A DNA stretch of 64,000 nt from Deltaproteobacteria bacterium (GCA_034670305.1 JAXMNT010000003.1:192001-256000), one strand, 5' to 3'. Numbered from the stretch's first letter, positions 1 to 11,700 are shown. The notes: generated by a model from the sequence alone, not told the origin. A program made the numbers and translations.

Positions 1-639
1 CTTGCCGGTCAGAAACCCACTCGCGAGCGCCCAATAGGGAAAGACCCGCGTGCCTTCCGGCAGAGAGGGTTCGAGCGCCGCCAGCTCTTCCGTCTCCAAC
101 AGACTGTACTGAGGTTGAACGGCCACCGGCTGCGCGAGCGTGTGTTCGGCACACAGCCGAAACGTTTCGCGGGTGGCGTCCGGCGAGAAGTTGGACAGTC
201 CGATCGCGCGCACGCGTCCCGACTGCACCAGCGTGTCGAACGCCGCCATGGACTCGGCGAGCGGCGTCTCGGGATCTTCTTCATGCGCGTAGTAGAGATC
301 GACCGCATCGGTCTGCAGCCGCGCCAGCGACTCGTCACATGCCCGTTCCAAGTTGGCGGGCGACAGACCGCGGCGACCCGGAAGTTTGGCGACCTTCGTG
401 GCGAGGAAGACTTGCTCGCGGCAACCGCGCGACGTCATCCAGCGGCCGAGGATCGTCTCGGACTCGCCACCGACATGGCCCGGCGCCCACGACGAGTACA
501 TGTCCGCCGTGTCGATGGCGTTGCCGCCGGCCTCCACATACCGGTCGAGGATCCGGAACGACGTCTCCTCGTCCGCCGTCCACCCGAACACATTGCCGCC
601 AAGGCAGAGATGAAAGAGCTCCGCAAAAGTTAGGGTCAT
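1..639 (-). CDS. Aldo/keto reductase (3' end runs off window)
   Basis: Manual translation from ATG at 639: MTLTFAELFHLCLGGNVFGW...GGNAIDTADMYS...GESETILGRW...VFLATKV, typical AKR motifs; not in the ORF track because the stop is outside the window. Confidence 0.9.
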   Translation of the reverse strand, partial: MTLTFAELFHLCLGGNVFGWTADEETSFRILDRYVEAGGNAIDTADMYSSWAPGHVGGESETILGRWMTSRGCREQVFLATKVAKLPGRRGLSPANLERACDESLARLQTDAVDLYYAHEEDPETPLAESMAAFDTLVQSGRVRAIGLSNFSPDATRETFRLCAEHTLAQPVAVQPQYSLLETEELAALEPSLPEGTRVFPYWALASGFLTGK

Positions 640-666
640 CCGCCCACCCTACCCCGACTTCGAAAC

Positions 667-735
667 CGGCATCGGCATCGGCACCAGCATCGGCATCGGC
701 ACCAGCATCGGCATCGGCGTCGGCTTCGGCTTCAG
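667..735. repeat. Intergenic hexamer tract (TCGGCA/TCGGCT type)
   Basis: Tandem ATCGGC/TTCGGC units between divergent genes. Confidence 0.85.
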
Positions 736-775
736 GCTCGCGTCGAATAGAATGCCCACGGACAGGAGTTGTGAC

Positions 776-1207
776 GTGATCCCTCAACTGGTCGTAAAGC
801 TCACCAAGACGTTCGGTCATCCCCCACCGTTCGGCGCGGACGAACTCGCCAAGGTCGAGTTCCTCGCCCTCAACGAGGTGACCGCCCTCGAAGGCATCGA
901 GCGATGCACGGGGCTGCTCGGGCTCAGCCTCGCCAACGCGCATCTGGAATCCCTCGACGGCCTGGTGGGCGTCCCGACCCTCGAGGGCCTCGACGTCATG
1001 GGCTCGCGCCTGGGCTCCATCGACGCCCTGCGGAAGCTGCCCACCCTCCGAAGTTTCGAACTCGGGAACGTCGGTATCACCGACGTGAGCCCCTTGCTCG
1101 ACATGCCCAAGCTGGGGGCCGCCAAACTGCGCAGCGTGCCGCTGGACGAGGCGTCGCTGCGCGAAGTGATTCCGGCCTGTGCGCACGCGGCCATCGGGTT
1201 CGCGTGA
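776..1207 (+). CDS. Leucine-rich repeat protein
   Basis: LEGIERCTGLLGLSL, LDGLVGVPTLEGLDV, IDALRKLPTLRSFEL, ITDVSPLLDMPKL internalin-like LRRs; GTG start inferred. Confidence 0.75.
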   Translation: MIPQLVVKLTKTFGHPPPFGADELAKVEFLALNEVTALEGIERCTGLLGLSLANAHLESLDGLVGVPTLEGLDVMGSRLGSIDALRKLPTLRSFELGNVGITDVSPLLDMPKLGAAKLRSVPLDEASLREVIPACAHAAIGFA

Positions 1208-1464
1208 AGGTCGATCCCGAAGAGCTGGTGCTCCTAAACCGCAAGGTCCACGCGCGCGGATGGCACGCCGGATTGTCCGTCGACAACCTCGACCCCGCCG
1301 GATTCGCGTTGATTCGACGCGGCCGCTGGAACGCCGAAGCCTGGCTACACCACGACCTGCGCCTCAGCGCCGCGCAGCTCGAGACCGTGCTCGCCGAGTC
1401 GACCTGGACCCTCGACGACGTCTTCGCCCGCCGCGATTCCGAGGGCCATTACCAGCCGGGCTGA
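1204..1464 (+). CDS. Small hypothetical protein
   Basis: GTGA overlap with the LRR stop; 86-aa ORF VKVDPEELVLL... Confidence 0.5.
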   Translation: MKVDPEELVLLNRKVHARGWHAGLSVDNLDPAGFALIRRGRWNAEAWLHHDLRLSAAQLETVLAESTWTLDDVFARRDSEGHYQPG

Positions 1465-1469
1465 ACGCC

Positions 1470-2513
1470 ATGGACCGCGCGACCAAGAAGCTCCTGTTCG
1501 CGTGCCGAAACGGAAACGCAGCCTGGGCCACCGAAGCGATCTCCGCCGGGGCGGACGTGTGCGCGACGGACGAAGCGGATCGACCGCTGATGGCGCTGGC
1601 GGCCGCGAACGGTCACGCCGCGATCGCGATCGCCTTGCTCGAGGCCGGCGCCGCCCCGGCAGGCGCCGCGGCCGAAGCAGAGCGCGCGGGACACGACGTA
1701 CTCGCGCGCACCATCCGGGACTGGAAGCCTGCGTCCGAAAAGGTGGGCGACCACATCTGGGATCTGGAGTGGGCCCTCTGCAAAGCCGTCGACCAAGGCG
1801 ACCTCCGCGCCGCGACGACGCTGCTCGCGATGGCCATCGATCCGAGCGCCCAGACCCAGCCGCTGTTCCCGATGGCGTGCGCTGCGCGCGACGGGAACCT
1901 CGAGATGATGCGGCTGCTGCACGCGCACTTCAGCCTGCTCCAGCGGCCGAAGTCGAAGTCGCCCCTCTCGTGGGCGATTTGGACCGGCAAGGTCGCGGCG
2001 ATCGAGCTCTTGCTCGAGTGGGGCGCCGACCCAGACGCAGCGGATGGCAATGGCTGGACCCCGATGCACGACGCGGCCGGCCAGACGCGCGTGGACATCG
2101 CGGCCCTCTTGCTCGCCGCGGGCGCCTCACCGCACCTCAGCGACTCGTTCGGCAACACGCCGCTCTCCGTGGCCACCCTTCGTCGGCGAAACACCGCCAT
2201 GGCGAAGTTCTTGCTCGCGCGGGGCGCGCCGGTTCCGCCGGGTCTCGTGACTCGACTCTGCCGCTTCGCGGAAACAGAAGACGCCGACTTGATCCGCGTC
2301 TTGCTCGAAGCCGGCGCCGACCCCGCCGAACGCGTGGACGGCCGAAGTGCGCTGGAACATCTGCGCGCCCGTGGTCAGCACGTTCTTCTGAAGCTGCTCG
2401 ACGCCGCGCTGCACCCGCCACGACAGCCGAACCCTGAGCCTCCGCCCGCTGCGCAGGGGACAGGACGTCCGCAGTCCGCTGGCTTCGACGACCACGACCT
2501 CGATTTCGACTGA
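1470..2513 (+). CDS. Ankyrin repeat protein
   Basis: SPLSWAIWTGKVAAIELLLEWGADPD, GWTPMHDAA, GNTPLSVA. Confidence 0.9.
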   Translation: MDRATKKLLFACRNGNAAWATEAISAGADVCATDEADRPLMALAAANGHAAIAIALLEAGAAPAGAAAEAERAGHDVLARTIRDWKPASEKVGDHIWDLEWALCKAVDQGDLRAATTLLAMAIDPSAQTQPLFPMACAARDGNLEMMRLLHAHFSLLQRPKSKSPLSWAIWTGKVAAIELLLEWGADPDAADGNGWTPMHDAAGQTRVDIAALLLAAGASPHLSDSFGNTPLSVATLRRRNTAMAKFLLARGAPVPPGLVTRLCRFAETEDADLIRVLLEAGADPAERVDGRSALEHLRARGQHVLLKLLDAALHPPRQPNPEPPPAAQGTGRPQSAGFDDHDLDFD

Positions 2514-2535
2514 CCTGCGCAGGTACTCTCCGCGC

Positions 2536-3606
2536 ATGTCGATTCGATGCGTTCTCGCGTTCGCGCTCACCGCGTGTGCGTCCTCGCCCACCCCCGACCC
2601 GGTGACGCCTGCGCCGACCCCCGTCGAGCCAGCCCCTACGGAAGTCCTCCAGCCGACCGTGGCGCACGTTCCGGAGGTCCCGATCCTGGTCTGGCGTCGC
2701 AGCCCGGAGGACTCGGCGGTCGGCACCATCGGACCGCTCACGGGTCCGCCGCTCGTCGATGCCGCCACGGCGCCGGGCTCCGGTTCTCTCGGCCAAGGAG
2801 CCTCCGCGCCGGTCCTCTCGCCGGACGGGCGCTGGGTCGCCTACCTCGACCCGCGCCAGGTACCGCACATGACCCAGACCGCAACCCGCTCGACCCGGAG
2901 TGCACCGCTCCCCGAACCGTGCATCGGGGCGTTTGATGTGTGGCTCTCAGCGTGGTCCAGCGACGGCGCAGGGATCGTCTTCTACGTCGCACCCACCATG
3001 TGCGAGGACTGCGATGCGCCACCGCCCGAGTGCGACGCCGCGGAGGGGTTCCGCTATTGGCCTGTCGACGGCGAAGCACGCCGGGTCGATCTGACCGCCG
3101 TCGACGCGGCCTCCAACCGGGCGGGGTGTTTTCTGTCGGCGCGCGAGCACACGATCGTCGAGGCGTGCGTGGAGGACACCGACGCCCAGCCGGTGCGCAG
3201 CGGCAGCCGCCGGGTGGGTCAGATCTCCACCAGTGGAACAGCGATCGCGTGGATGGAGGGCGACTCCGCCGGGACCGCAATGCTCTCGGGCGACCTCGCG
3301 GTGGGGGAGAACGGCGACGAGGTCGTGGTCGAAGGTGCATGGGCCGAGATCCAATGGCCGATGGCCACCGACGACGCGCGGACGTGGATGCGCCGCGTAG
3401 AGGGCGAGACGCAGTGCGTGATCCGGGTCGGCGACGCCGAACACGAAGTCCCGCTGAGCGGCCACTGGTCGCGCCGCTGGGGCCATGCCGGAACGTTGCT
3501 CTTGGCAGACGGGAGCGGCCTCCGGTCCGTCTCGCTCGCCGACGGGGCGGTCACCGTTCTCTCCGAGGATCCGGTGCATGTCGTCGAGGTCGGAACGGCG
3601 CGGTGA
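2536..3606 (+). CDS. Lipoprotein with TolB/PD40-like beta-propeller
   Basis: Lipobox LTAC; PVLSPDGRWVAY and WSSDGAGIVF motifs. Confidence 0.65.
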   Translation: MSIRCVLAFALTACASSPTPDPVTPAPTPVEPAPTEVLQPTVAHVPEVPILVWRRSPEDSAVGTIGPLTGPPLVDAATAPGSGSLGQGASAPVLSPDGRWVAYLDPRQVPHMTQTATRSTRSAPLPEPCIGAFDVWLSAWSSDGAGIVFYVAPTMCEDCDAPPPECDAAEGFRYWPVDGEARRVDLTAVDAASNRAGCFLSAREHTIVEACVEDTDAQPVRSGSRRVGQISTSGTAIAWMEGDSAGTAMLSGDLAVGENGDEVVVEGAWAEIQWPMATDDARTWMRRVEGETQCVIRVGDAEHEVPLSGHWSRRWGHAGTLLLADGSGLRSVSLADGAVTVLSEDPVHVVEVGTAR

Positions 3607-4451
3607 GCGTGCGCATCAACGACACGCAGATCCCGCACCTCGAACAGTTGATCGAGGCCATCCGCGGCCGAGCCCCCGAGCCGCGGGACCAACTGAACCT
3701 GCTCGAGACCGAGGTCGAGTACGCGCAGCGTCTCGTCCAGACCGATGCGAAGCCCGAGACGTTCATGGCTGCGATCGCCAGGGCCTCCGGTGCAGGGCAC
3801 GCGGCGGCCCGCTGCTGGTTCGATGCGGACCAGGGAATCGAAAAGGAACTCTGGATCCAGGTGCCTGGTTGGCCGCGACGGCGCGTCCCGTCGTGGCGCT
3901 CGACGTTTCTCTCGACCCATTGGCTGACGACGTGGGGGTGCGCGGTCCTCGCGGGCGACGATGCCGCGCGCCGCACCCTCGAGCTGCAAGCGACGCTCGA
4001 GGCGCTTCGGGTCGCGCCGCAGGTCGTGCCCACGGGCTGGCACACCGCCGCCGTCGCACTGAGCCGTCTGGACCAGATGACGACACCCCCGGACCACGCC
4101 GAGCTGCGCCGCTCCCTCAACGCGACGCGACACGCCAGCGCAGTCTATGCGCGGTTGGTCCCGCTCCTCGAGTGCGTCCACGGGTACGTGTTTGCACGCG
4201 TGCACGCCGCGCCCCACCGCTTGGGCAACGCACTCGAGAATGCCTTCCGGGTGCATCGCCAAGCGTTCCGCAACGAACAGCACCTCCCCACCCCGGCCTG
4301 GCCCGTCGAAGCCGCGGCGATCGCCGCCCACGCCGTCCGCACCGAGCTCGTGAAGAAAGAAGACCTCGCGGACCACGACACGATACGCAGCTCCATGGCC
4401 CTGATCACCGCAGATCCCTGCGACGAACCGACGACCGTCTCCTACAAGTAG
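3603..4451 (+). CDS. Imm49-like immunity protein (putative)
   Basis: GTGA overlap; HWLTTWGCAVLAGD and NALENAFRVHRQAF...WPVEAAAIAAHA resemble the Imm49 pattern. Confidence 0.5.
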   Translation: MSVRINDTQIPHLEQLIEAIRGRAPEPRDQLNLLETEVEYAQRLVQTDAKPETFMAAIARASGAGHAAARCWFDADQGIEKELWIQVPGWPRRRVPSWRSTFLSTHWLTTWGCAVLAGDDAARRTLELQATLEALRVAPQVVPTGWHTAAVALSRLDQMTTPPDHAELRRSLNATRHASAVYARLVPLLECVHGYVFARVHAAPHRLGNALENAFRVHRQAFRNEQHLPTPAWPVEAAAIAAHAVRTELVKKEDLADHDTIRSSMALITADPCDEPTTVSYK

Positions 4452-4600
4452 CCGAGCTTCGGCTCTCGCTTTCGCGTTCGGCGAACTTGAAAGGGAGGGT
4501 GCGTTTCAATCTAATGAACAAGCGGGTGCGTGGCTTCGTACAAATGTGGGTGATGGCAATGCCTCGGTCCAGGGCGACATCGACTATCCTGGGCCCGGTG

Positions 4601-5013
4601 ATGACGCGAAATTGCCTCTCCATCGTTGTTCGAGGCTTGTTGTTGCTGAGCTCACTGGCAACGCTGCCGGCGTGCGACGATTCTGTTTGTGACCGCATTA
4701 TTGACGTGGAAAACAGGACCCGTGGCGGAGTGTGTATACGGGCGAGTGGAACCGAAATCGTCGCAGCACCCGGCTCAGAGGTGCGAGTGAAAGCGGAGCA
4801 AACGCTGACCATTTGGTTGGGTCATTGTTCAGAACCTGGGGGCTTGAAGTAGATATGTGCTCATGGGACGGTAGCTCACGCACGAGACAATGCGGCCTCG
4901 AAGTTGAGGCTGAGATGGTAGAATTGTCGTGTGGTGGTGCGTGGCGGTCATACGACCTAGTTAACGGACAGTGGTCATTGGCAACGGATGCCCCTGCTTA
5001 CGGTCTCCACTAG
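4601..5013 (+). pseudogene. Possible frameshifted lipoprotein
   Basis: MTRNC...LPAC lipobox ORF stops at 4852; another frame continues after a G5 run (4838-4842) to 5013; lower GC. Confidence 0.35.
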
Positions 5014-5110
5014 AACATGATCCGAATGTGCGGGGCGCTGCTCCGTCCCCGGCGCGCTCCGTCGAAATCATCAACCATCTGCGCAGGCAGCGTGAGAAGA
5101 TTCATTTTCG

Positions 5111-5758
5111 ATGATCAGCGAGTTCTGGTTCCCCGACGCGGGTCGTCCCGATCCGTCGAAGTTGGATGGTACGTGGGATGTTGTGGTCAGTTCCGGGCGC
5201 AAAGTCCTCCTCGTCAGTGCGACGCGTTCGACCGAGTACTGCATTCTGACCGGAACCGACCTCGAAGTTCGCTCGGCCCTCACAGACGGGTTGGTCCGCG
5301 ACGGGGTCTTGGAGGCACAGTCCGCCGGCGCCGTGTGTCGAGTTCAACTCACCGAGCTGGAGCGCTTCGTTTCGAAGAGGACACCAGTGGTGATCCTCCA
5401 CCCGCTCTTGACCTACATCGACGGCGGGCCGGATGTTGTTTCTATCGAACGACGGCTCCAGACGCTTCTCGGGGGCTGGCACGATGGCCTTGTTGGATCG
5501 CTGACGATGTTGGAGCAGTGCGAGGTTATGGAAGCGCAGCTGGAGAACCGGGAGGGGGCCCTGGCGACGGCTGTTGGGGAGCTCGCGTTACTGCACGTGC
5601 ACCCCTACTTTCCGCAGGATGCGCCTGTCTTCTTGGAGCTGATTCGAAGCAACGGTCCAGAGGAAGACCGGCTGGCCAAGTTCGAAGCATGGAACAAGAG
5701 CGTGGACTTCAAGAAGCGCATGTCGTCCTTTATCGGAACAGGGATTTTCGGCGCCTGA
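5111..5758 (+). CDS. Hypothetical protein
   Basis: 215-aa ORF with globular composition and lower GC. Confidence 0.6.
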   Translation: MISEFWFPDAGRPDPSKLDGTWDVVVSSGRKVLLVSATRSTEYCILTGTDLEVRSALTDGLVRDGVLEAQSAGAVCRVQLTELERFVSKRTPVVILHPLLTYIDGGPDVVSIERRLQTLLGGWHDGLVGSLTMLEQCEVMEAQLENREGALATAVGELALLHVHPYFPQDAPVFLELIRSNGPEEDRLAKFEAWNKSVDFKKRMSSFIGTGIFGA

Positions 5759-5924
5759 GCACCCAGCATTCGGAAGCGATGGCCGTCGCGACTGCTGACC
5801 TTCCGGAGAGTGAGCGCCTCCACGAGCCTGCTGGCCGGTTGTCGCGGGCGATGGAGACGACTGGCCTCGGCGGACGGTGACTCGGTCGGTGTCGCTCAGG
5901 CCGGCGCGCTTCCCGCAGATCCCA

Positions 5925-7606
5925 GCAGATCCGTCCCAGGTGCTCGCAATCAGGTTGGTCTCGTAAGGACCATTTTCGCTGGTGGGCATGTTTCGAAGCA
6001 GGGAGAGCTGCTCTGCGCCGGTCACCGGCGGCCCCGAAAGTCGTGAACGAGACCCAGTTCTGCTCGGCCTGCGCTCGATCTGGGACTGCGGACGCAGCGA
6101 TGCGCCGCGTGGGACTCACGCGGCGTGTTCGCAAACGCGGATGTGGTTACTGGGGTGGGTCGGAAGTCCGGGGTGGTCGGCCGGCAGGTTCGGTCGCGTC
6201 GCCTGACGCGCGTGGTCGACCGCGGCGGGCGTCTCGCATGACGACCACGCGGCGGGCTTCGCTTGGCTGATTCTTGTCGAAGCGATGTCGGACGACCGCT
6301 TCGGGTCGGTCGCTTGTCTCGAGCAGCTCCGCCGGGACCCGCGGGGGCTCCGACACGAACTCCATCGCTTCGGCTCGCACGACAGCCGCGGCCTCGTCCC
6401 TGAACGCGGTGCCGACTTCGGCGAGTACGCGGGCGACTTGTTCGTCGTCGGCTGTGACGGGGTTGAGCCGGAGTTCGGCCTTCACCTCGTCGAGGGTGGG
6501 CTCGGGACCAGTGATGAGCAGGGCCGGATCGGCGGGCTCGACGTCGATCGGGAAGAGCTTCCGCATCTTGTACGTGCCGTACGGAAACGGGATCGGATCG
6601 CCCGCGCGGAGCGCTTTCACGCCAGCGCGGTGGGTGCGCCGAAACGTGGTGACCTCCGTCTTGGCTTGAATGTGCACGCGGCGTCCGTTGATCCCGGAAG
6701 CACCTTGCTTGTAGCTCGGCACGACTTCGCCGCCGGCCGTCCGCCGGGTGCGGGGCTCGCTGTACGGGTGGATGCGCTTGGTGCGTTGCACACCCATCAC
6801 CGGCCACTTGCGGGCCGCGTTCAGAGCTCGGATCGCTTCTCTCTGCAGCCGGCGCATGTAGTAGATCAGCTGGTCGAGATCGCCGTTGAACTTGCGGTAC
6901 AACCGGGCGGGCGGATTGAACCACACGTTGACGTACTCGTCGCGCAGCCTCGGATCGAAGTAGAACTCTGGACGCCGCACGCGGATGGGGATCCCCTTCC
7001 ACAACGAGAAGTCGAACACGAAGCCCGGCATGTCTTCGGGCCGCCTCACGAGACCAGCGGCGACGCATTGCACGGACTCGTAGACGAGGTGGGCGGCCTG
7101 CGCTTCGGCATCGAGCAGCCGCATGTGGTGGGTCGCGCGGTCGTCGAAGATCTGACCCGGCTGGTCGTACCGCTCCCGGCCGAACAGCGTATTGAGCGCG
7201 CAACTCAGCTCGCCATGAAACAGCCGAAGGAACTCCGGGCGCTTCTCCTCGTTGTCGGTGAGGTCGAGGTGGTGGTGGTTGATGACCTTGGTCGCGCAGT
7301 GGAGGGAGACCCCCGTCTGCTGCTGCGCATGCCCCAGCGCGTACAGCCACGCCTGGTCCACACCCGGATGCCAAGGCGCCAGGAACGCCTTCCGAAAGTT
7401 CGTACGACGCGTCAGCGCATAGCTCGCACCGCGTACGACTGGCCGTGCATCAGACACGCTTCGCACAGAGCACACCCCATGCCGTCTCCGTTTCTCGGAC
7501 GTTTCAACGATTTCGGCTGGCGCCCGCCACCCAACCGCCGGCGGCCCGCCACCACCAACGGCTGCGACCCAGGCAACAGACTCTCGAGCACCTGGGACTG
7601 ATCAGC
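5925..7606 (-). mobile_element. RAYT-like HUH transposase element, copy 1 (1682 bp, 22-bp imperfect inverted ends)
   Basis: Left end GCAGATCCGTCCCAGGTGCTCG; right end reverse complement GCTGATCAGTCCCAGGTGCTCG (20/22); near-identical to 18847-20528. Confidence 0.85.
6147..7457 (-). CDS. RAYT-like Y1/HUH transposase
   Basis: YALTRRT..R.AFL, INHHH (HUH), VYESVQCVAAGLVRRPED (Y..NPV.AGL-like). Confidence 0.8.
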   Translation of the reverse strand: MSDARPVVRGASYALTRRTNFRKAFLAPWHPGVDQAWLYALGHAQQQTGVSLHCATKVINHHHLDLTDNEEKRPEFLRLFHGELSCALNTLFGRERYDQPGQIFDDRATHHMRLLDAEAQAAHLVYESVQCVAAGLVRRPEDMPGFVFDFSLWKGIPIRVRRPEFYFDPRLRDEYVNVWFNPPARLYRKFNGDLDQLIYYMRRLQREAIRALNAARKWPVMGVQRTKRIHPYSEPRTRRTAGGEVVPSYKQGASGINGRRVHIQAKTEVTTFRRTHRAGVKALRAGDPIPFPYGTYKMRKLFPIDVEPADPALLITGPEPTLDEVKAELRLNPVTADDEQVARVLAEVGTAFRDEAAAVVRAEAMEFVSEPPRVPAELLETSDRPEAVVRHRFDKNQPSEARRVVVMRDARRGRPRASGDATEPAGRPPRTSDPPQ

Positions 7607-8741
7607 GCGGTCGCGTGGAGAGGGGTACGCGCTCGGGGTCGACGGCGGCGGGTTTCTGGCCATCGGGTACATCACCAACTTCTCAGACGACGACGGCGGT
7701 TTCGTGCAGCTCGCCAACCCAGGCGGCGCGTTCTTGGGACCGCCGATTCGGGTTGGCGATTCTGTGCCGGGCGTGCTTGGGCTGGTCAGCCCCAGCGGAG
7801 CCGAAGACGGACCGGGCTGGCTCCTCTTTCGATACGACCGGCTGACCACGTTCATCATGATCCGGCACCTGGCGCGCGACGGCACGCTCGGTCCCGAACG
7901 GCGGCTCGGCGACCAAACGACGCGAGAGGTACGGATCTCCATCGACGCGATGGCGGACGGGGGCTTCGTCGCTGCGTGGGAGCAGGCTGTCGGCGGACGC
8001 GACACCGTCCGCGCGCGACGGTTCGATGCGTCGCTTGCCCCCATGGGCCCGTCGCTTCTCGTGCCCACCGTGGAGGACCGCGGTGAGAACTGGCCCGCGG
8101 TGGCAGGCGATGGGGACGACTGGATCGTGGTCTTCGAGAAGGAGATGCGCCGGGAAGTCGTCACGCGGGCAGTCGAGGAGATGCGCATCCGGCGCTACCG
8201 CGGAATCACCCCGCTCGGCCCGCCGACGACCATCGGCGACGCGGTCGAGATCACTCGATGGTTCGTGAGCGGTCTGACGCCCATGAACTCTGCTGCGCCC
8301 GTCGGCGGATTTTCGCTTCGCTTCATGATGGACACGCCCGAGGGCGACTTCGCCCTGCACGAACGCATCGTCACCGCGACCGACATCACGGACCCGACAC
8401 CCATCTACACCGACGCGGGCTACCTCGACATCCAGCTCGTCCCCCGCGCGCCCGCCGATGGCCGCACGATCACCACCGACACCCCGTCGCTCTTCCAGTT
8501 CAGCCTCGCGGCCTACCCCGACGAGTCCGTTCGGTTCGGCGCATACCGAAGCACGGAGCCGCTCCCGATGCGGGAGTCGATGCTGCTCGACGCGGTGTTG
8601 TTCAATGTGCGCCGATCGTTCTCGGTCGGTGAGTCTCCGCGCGGCACGTGGGTCCTTTGGGAGGCCCTACGCTCGCACCCCTCTCCGTCGATCTCGCTCT
8701 TCCTCATGCCGCACGTGACGACGGTGGAGTCCGCAGAATGA
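7602..8741 (+). pseudogene. Beta-rich hypothetical protein, probably 5'-truncated by the element
   Basis: Frame stays open back to an in-frame TGA (7599-7601) inside the element end; no signal peptide or clear start; ATGA overlap with the Rhs gene. Confidence 0.55.
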
Positions 8742-11700
8742 CCGCGAACCAGACATCGGCCGGGCGTCCACACCGGCGCGCCCATTCTCACAGCCACACC
8801 CGTCGTCGCCGCAACCAAGCCGTCGCCGTTCTACTCTCCGTCACGACGTTCCTCAGCGCCGGCGCCCCGCTCGCGGCCAAGGCGCAAGACCACCGCGACA
8901 GCCGCGCGAGCACCCCGTCCTACAACCTGCCGTCGTCCGTCGAGACCCAACGCACCGGCGAAGAGATGCTCCTCGGCGACGACGTCGAAGGCCGCCTCGA
9001 GCACGAGTACATCGACCCGGACGCCACGTCGTTCGGCCCAGGCGGCGAACCCATCCCCCACGAAGGCCTCGATCCCGAAGCCATCGCCCGCATGGAAGAA
9101 GCGGCCGACCTTCCCGATCCCGCCGACCTGCCCGACGGCGCGACCGCCGCCGCACTCCCGACTGGCGAAGCCAAGTCCGCCGTCACCCCCTCGCGCATCT
9201 CCGTCCCGAACGCGGAAGGCTCCATCGAAGGCATGGGCGAGTCGTTCGCGCCCGTGCTCTCGAGCGGCACCGCGACCTTCAGCGTACCCATCGCACTCCC
9301 GGCCGGCCGCGCCGGGGTGCAGCCGAGCCTCGGCCTCTCCTATGCAAGCACGGGCGGCAACTCGTGCGTCGGCATCGGCTGGAACCTCTCCACCCCGATG
9401 ATCCTCCGCCAGTCCGACCGCGGCCTGCCACGCTACAACGACCGCGACCAGTGGCACGTCGAAGAAGACCGCTTCTTCTACAACGGCGGCCAGGAGCTCG
9501 TGCCGGTCGACAACACGGCCGCCTCCATCGTCGACGCGAGCCACGACGGAAGCGGCCCCCGCTACCAGGACACCCACTTCGTCCCAGGCGAGGTCAGCGA
9601 CTGGCAGCAGTACCGCGCGCGCGTCGAGGGCGGCTTCATGCGCTTTTTCCGCAGTCCCGAATCCGACCGCTGGATCGTCCAAGGCAAAGACGGCACCCGC
9701 TTCGATTTCGGCCTCGTCGACACCCATCCCTCGGATCTCGATCCCGAGAACGCGCTCCAAGCCGACCCGGCCGACCCCGCCCGCATCTACGCCTGGCGCC
9801 TCACCCGCATGAGCGATCCGCACGGGTCGACGGTCTACTACCGCTACCTGCAGGACGCGGGCGAGATCTACCCCGAGGACATCTTCTACCTCTCGCCGAA
9901 CAGCTGCGCCGGCGAGCCGGACAGCGCGCGCACCTGCACCGAGCCACTCGCCAACTACGGCGTGCGTGTGCACTTCGACTACGAGACGCGCGCCGACGTC
10001 ACGAGCCGCTACACCGCCGGCCACCGCATCGAGACCGGCCTGCGCCTGAGCCGCCTCGTCGTCACCGCCGCGGACCAAGCCGGCACCGGGCGCTCGCTCG
10101 TACGCCGCTACCACCTCGCCTACGACCCGAGCAGCCACCACTCGTTGCTCGCGTCCGTGCAGGTTGAAGGCCGCCCCGCCGACACTCAGTACGTCGGCAC
10201 CTACTTCGAGCACGACGTCTTCTCGAACGTCTCCGAAGCCGACGCGCTCTCGAGCGGCGCCGTCGGACAGATGCTTCCGGCGATGACCTTCGCGTACACC
10301 GAGCCCCCGTCGCTCGCCTCAGGGATCCCAGGTTTCGGCAGCGTGGACGCCACCGTGCACGCGATCACGAACAGCCCAGACGTCAGCTTCGACGCGGCGC
10401 GCGCGGATCTCTTCGACGTCAACACCGACGGGCTGCCGGATCTCATCGTCACCGACCCGGCCCGGTACCGCACCGCGGGCGGCGAGCCCGCGGTCGGCGT
10501 CTTCTTCAACGGCTTCTCTGGCACCGACGCAAGCCCGGCCGGAGTCGCCGGCACCTTCAGCGCGCCCATCGCCGTGCCGATGCCGAGCCACCTCAGCGGC
10601 ACCCTCAACCTCGGCTCGCAGAACCTGCTCCCGATGGACGTCGACGGCGACGGCAGGAGCGACTTGATGCACCTGCCGCGGCGCGACCGCTACGGCTACT
10701 TCGTCGTCACGCGCGAGAGCGAAGACGTCACCGGTCCGGTCACGAGCCCCGCCGACCAGGGCTGGCGCTTCACCTACGCGCAGGTCGACACCGGCGGCGT
10801 CGATCCCCGCGTCGATCTCGTGCGCGACGGCGCGCGCTACCGCACCTGGGACGTCAACGGCGACCACCTCATCGACATCTCGCGCACCACCGGCACCGTG
10901 ATGCAGACCTGGCTCAACCTCGGCTTCGTGCGGGACCAGGAAACCGGCGAAGGCGCCGAAGGCCGGTTCGGCCGAGCGACGGCCAACGACGACGGCACCT
11001 TCGCCATCGACGCCAGCCCCTACGAGACGTGTCTCCTCCACGACGGCCTGCCCGTCGACTTCTCGGATCCCGAACTCCGCACCGCCGACATGAACGGCGA
11101 CGGTCTCGTAGACATCGTGAAGATCCGCCGCGGCCACGTCGTGTACTGGCCCGGCCGCGGCGTCACCGAGACGGGCGCGCCCGTCTTCGGCGACGGCCCC
11201 CGTCACTGCGCCCGCGGCGAAGGCGACAACCGCGAACGTGTCATGGCGACGCCCCCGGCCGAGCTCAACGTGGATCTCAGCGGCGTGATGCTCGCCGACG
11301 TCAACATGGACGGTGCCACCGACGTGCTCCAGGTGCGTTTCCGGGAGCTCGATGTCTGGTTCAACCAGTCCGGCGAAGGGTTCACCGAACGCGTCACGAT
11401 CGACTCGCCCATGGCCCCAGACTTCGCGCCGCGGATCCGGATGGCGGACATCGACGGCTCCGGCACCACCGACCTCGTCTACGGCTCCTCGTCGCGCTGG
11501 GAGTACCTCGACTTGATGGGCGGCCAGCGCCCACGTCTCTTGCGCGAGGTACACAACGGCCTCGGCGCCGTCACCACCCTCGGCTACGGCTCGAGCGCCG
11601 ACGACTACGTCGCGGACCTGGAGGAAGCGGCCACCTGCTCGGACTGCGAGCCCTTCACGTGGAGCCGCGTTTCCGGCGACTGCGACTCGCGCCTCGAAGA

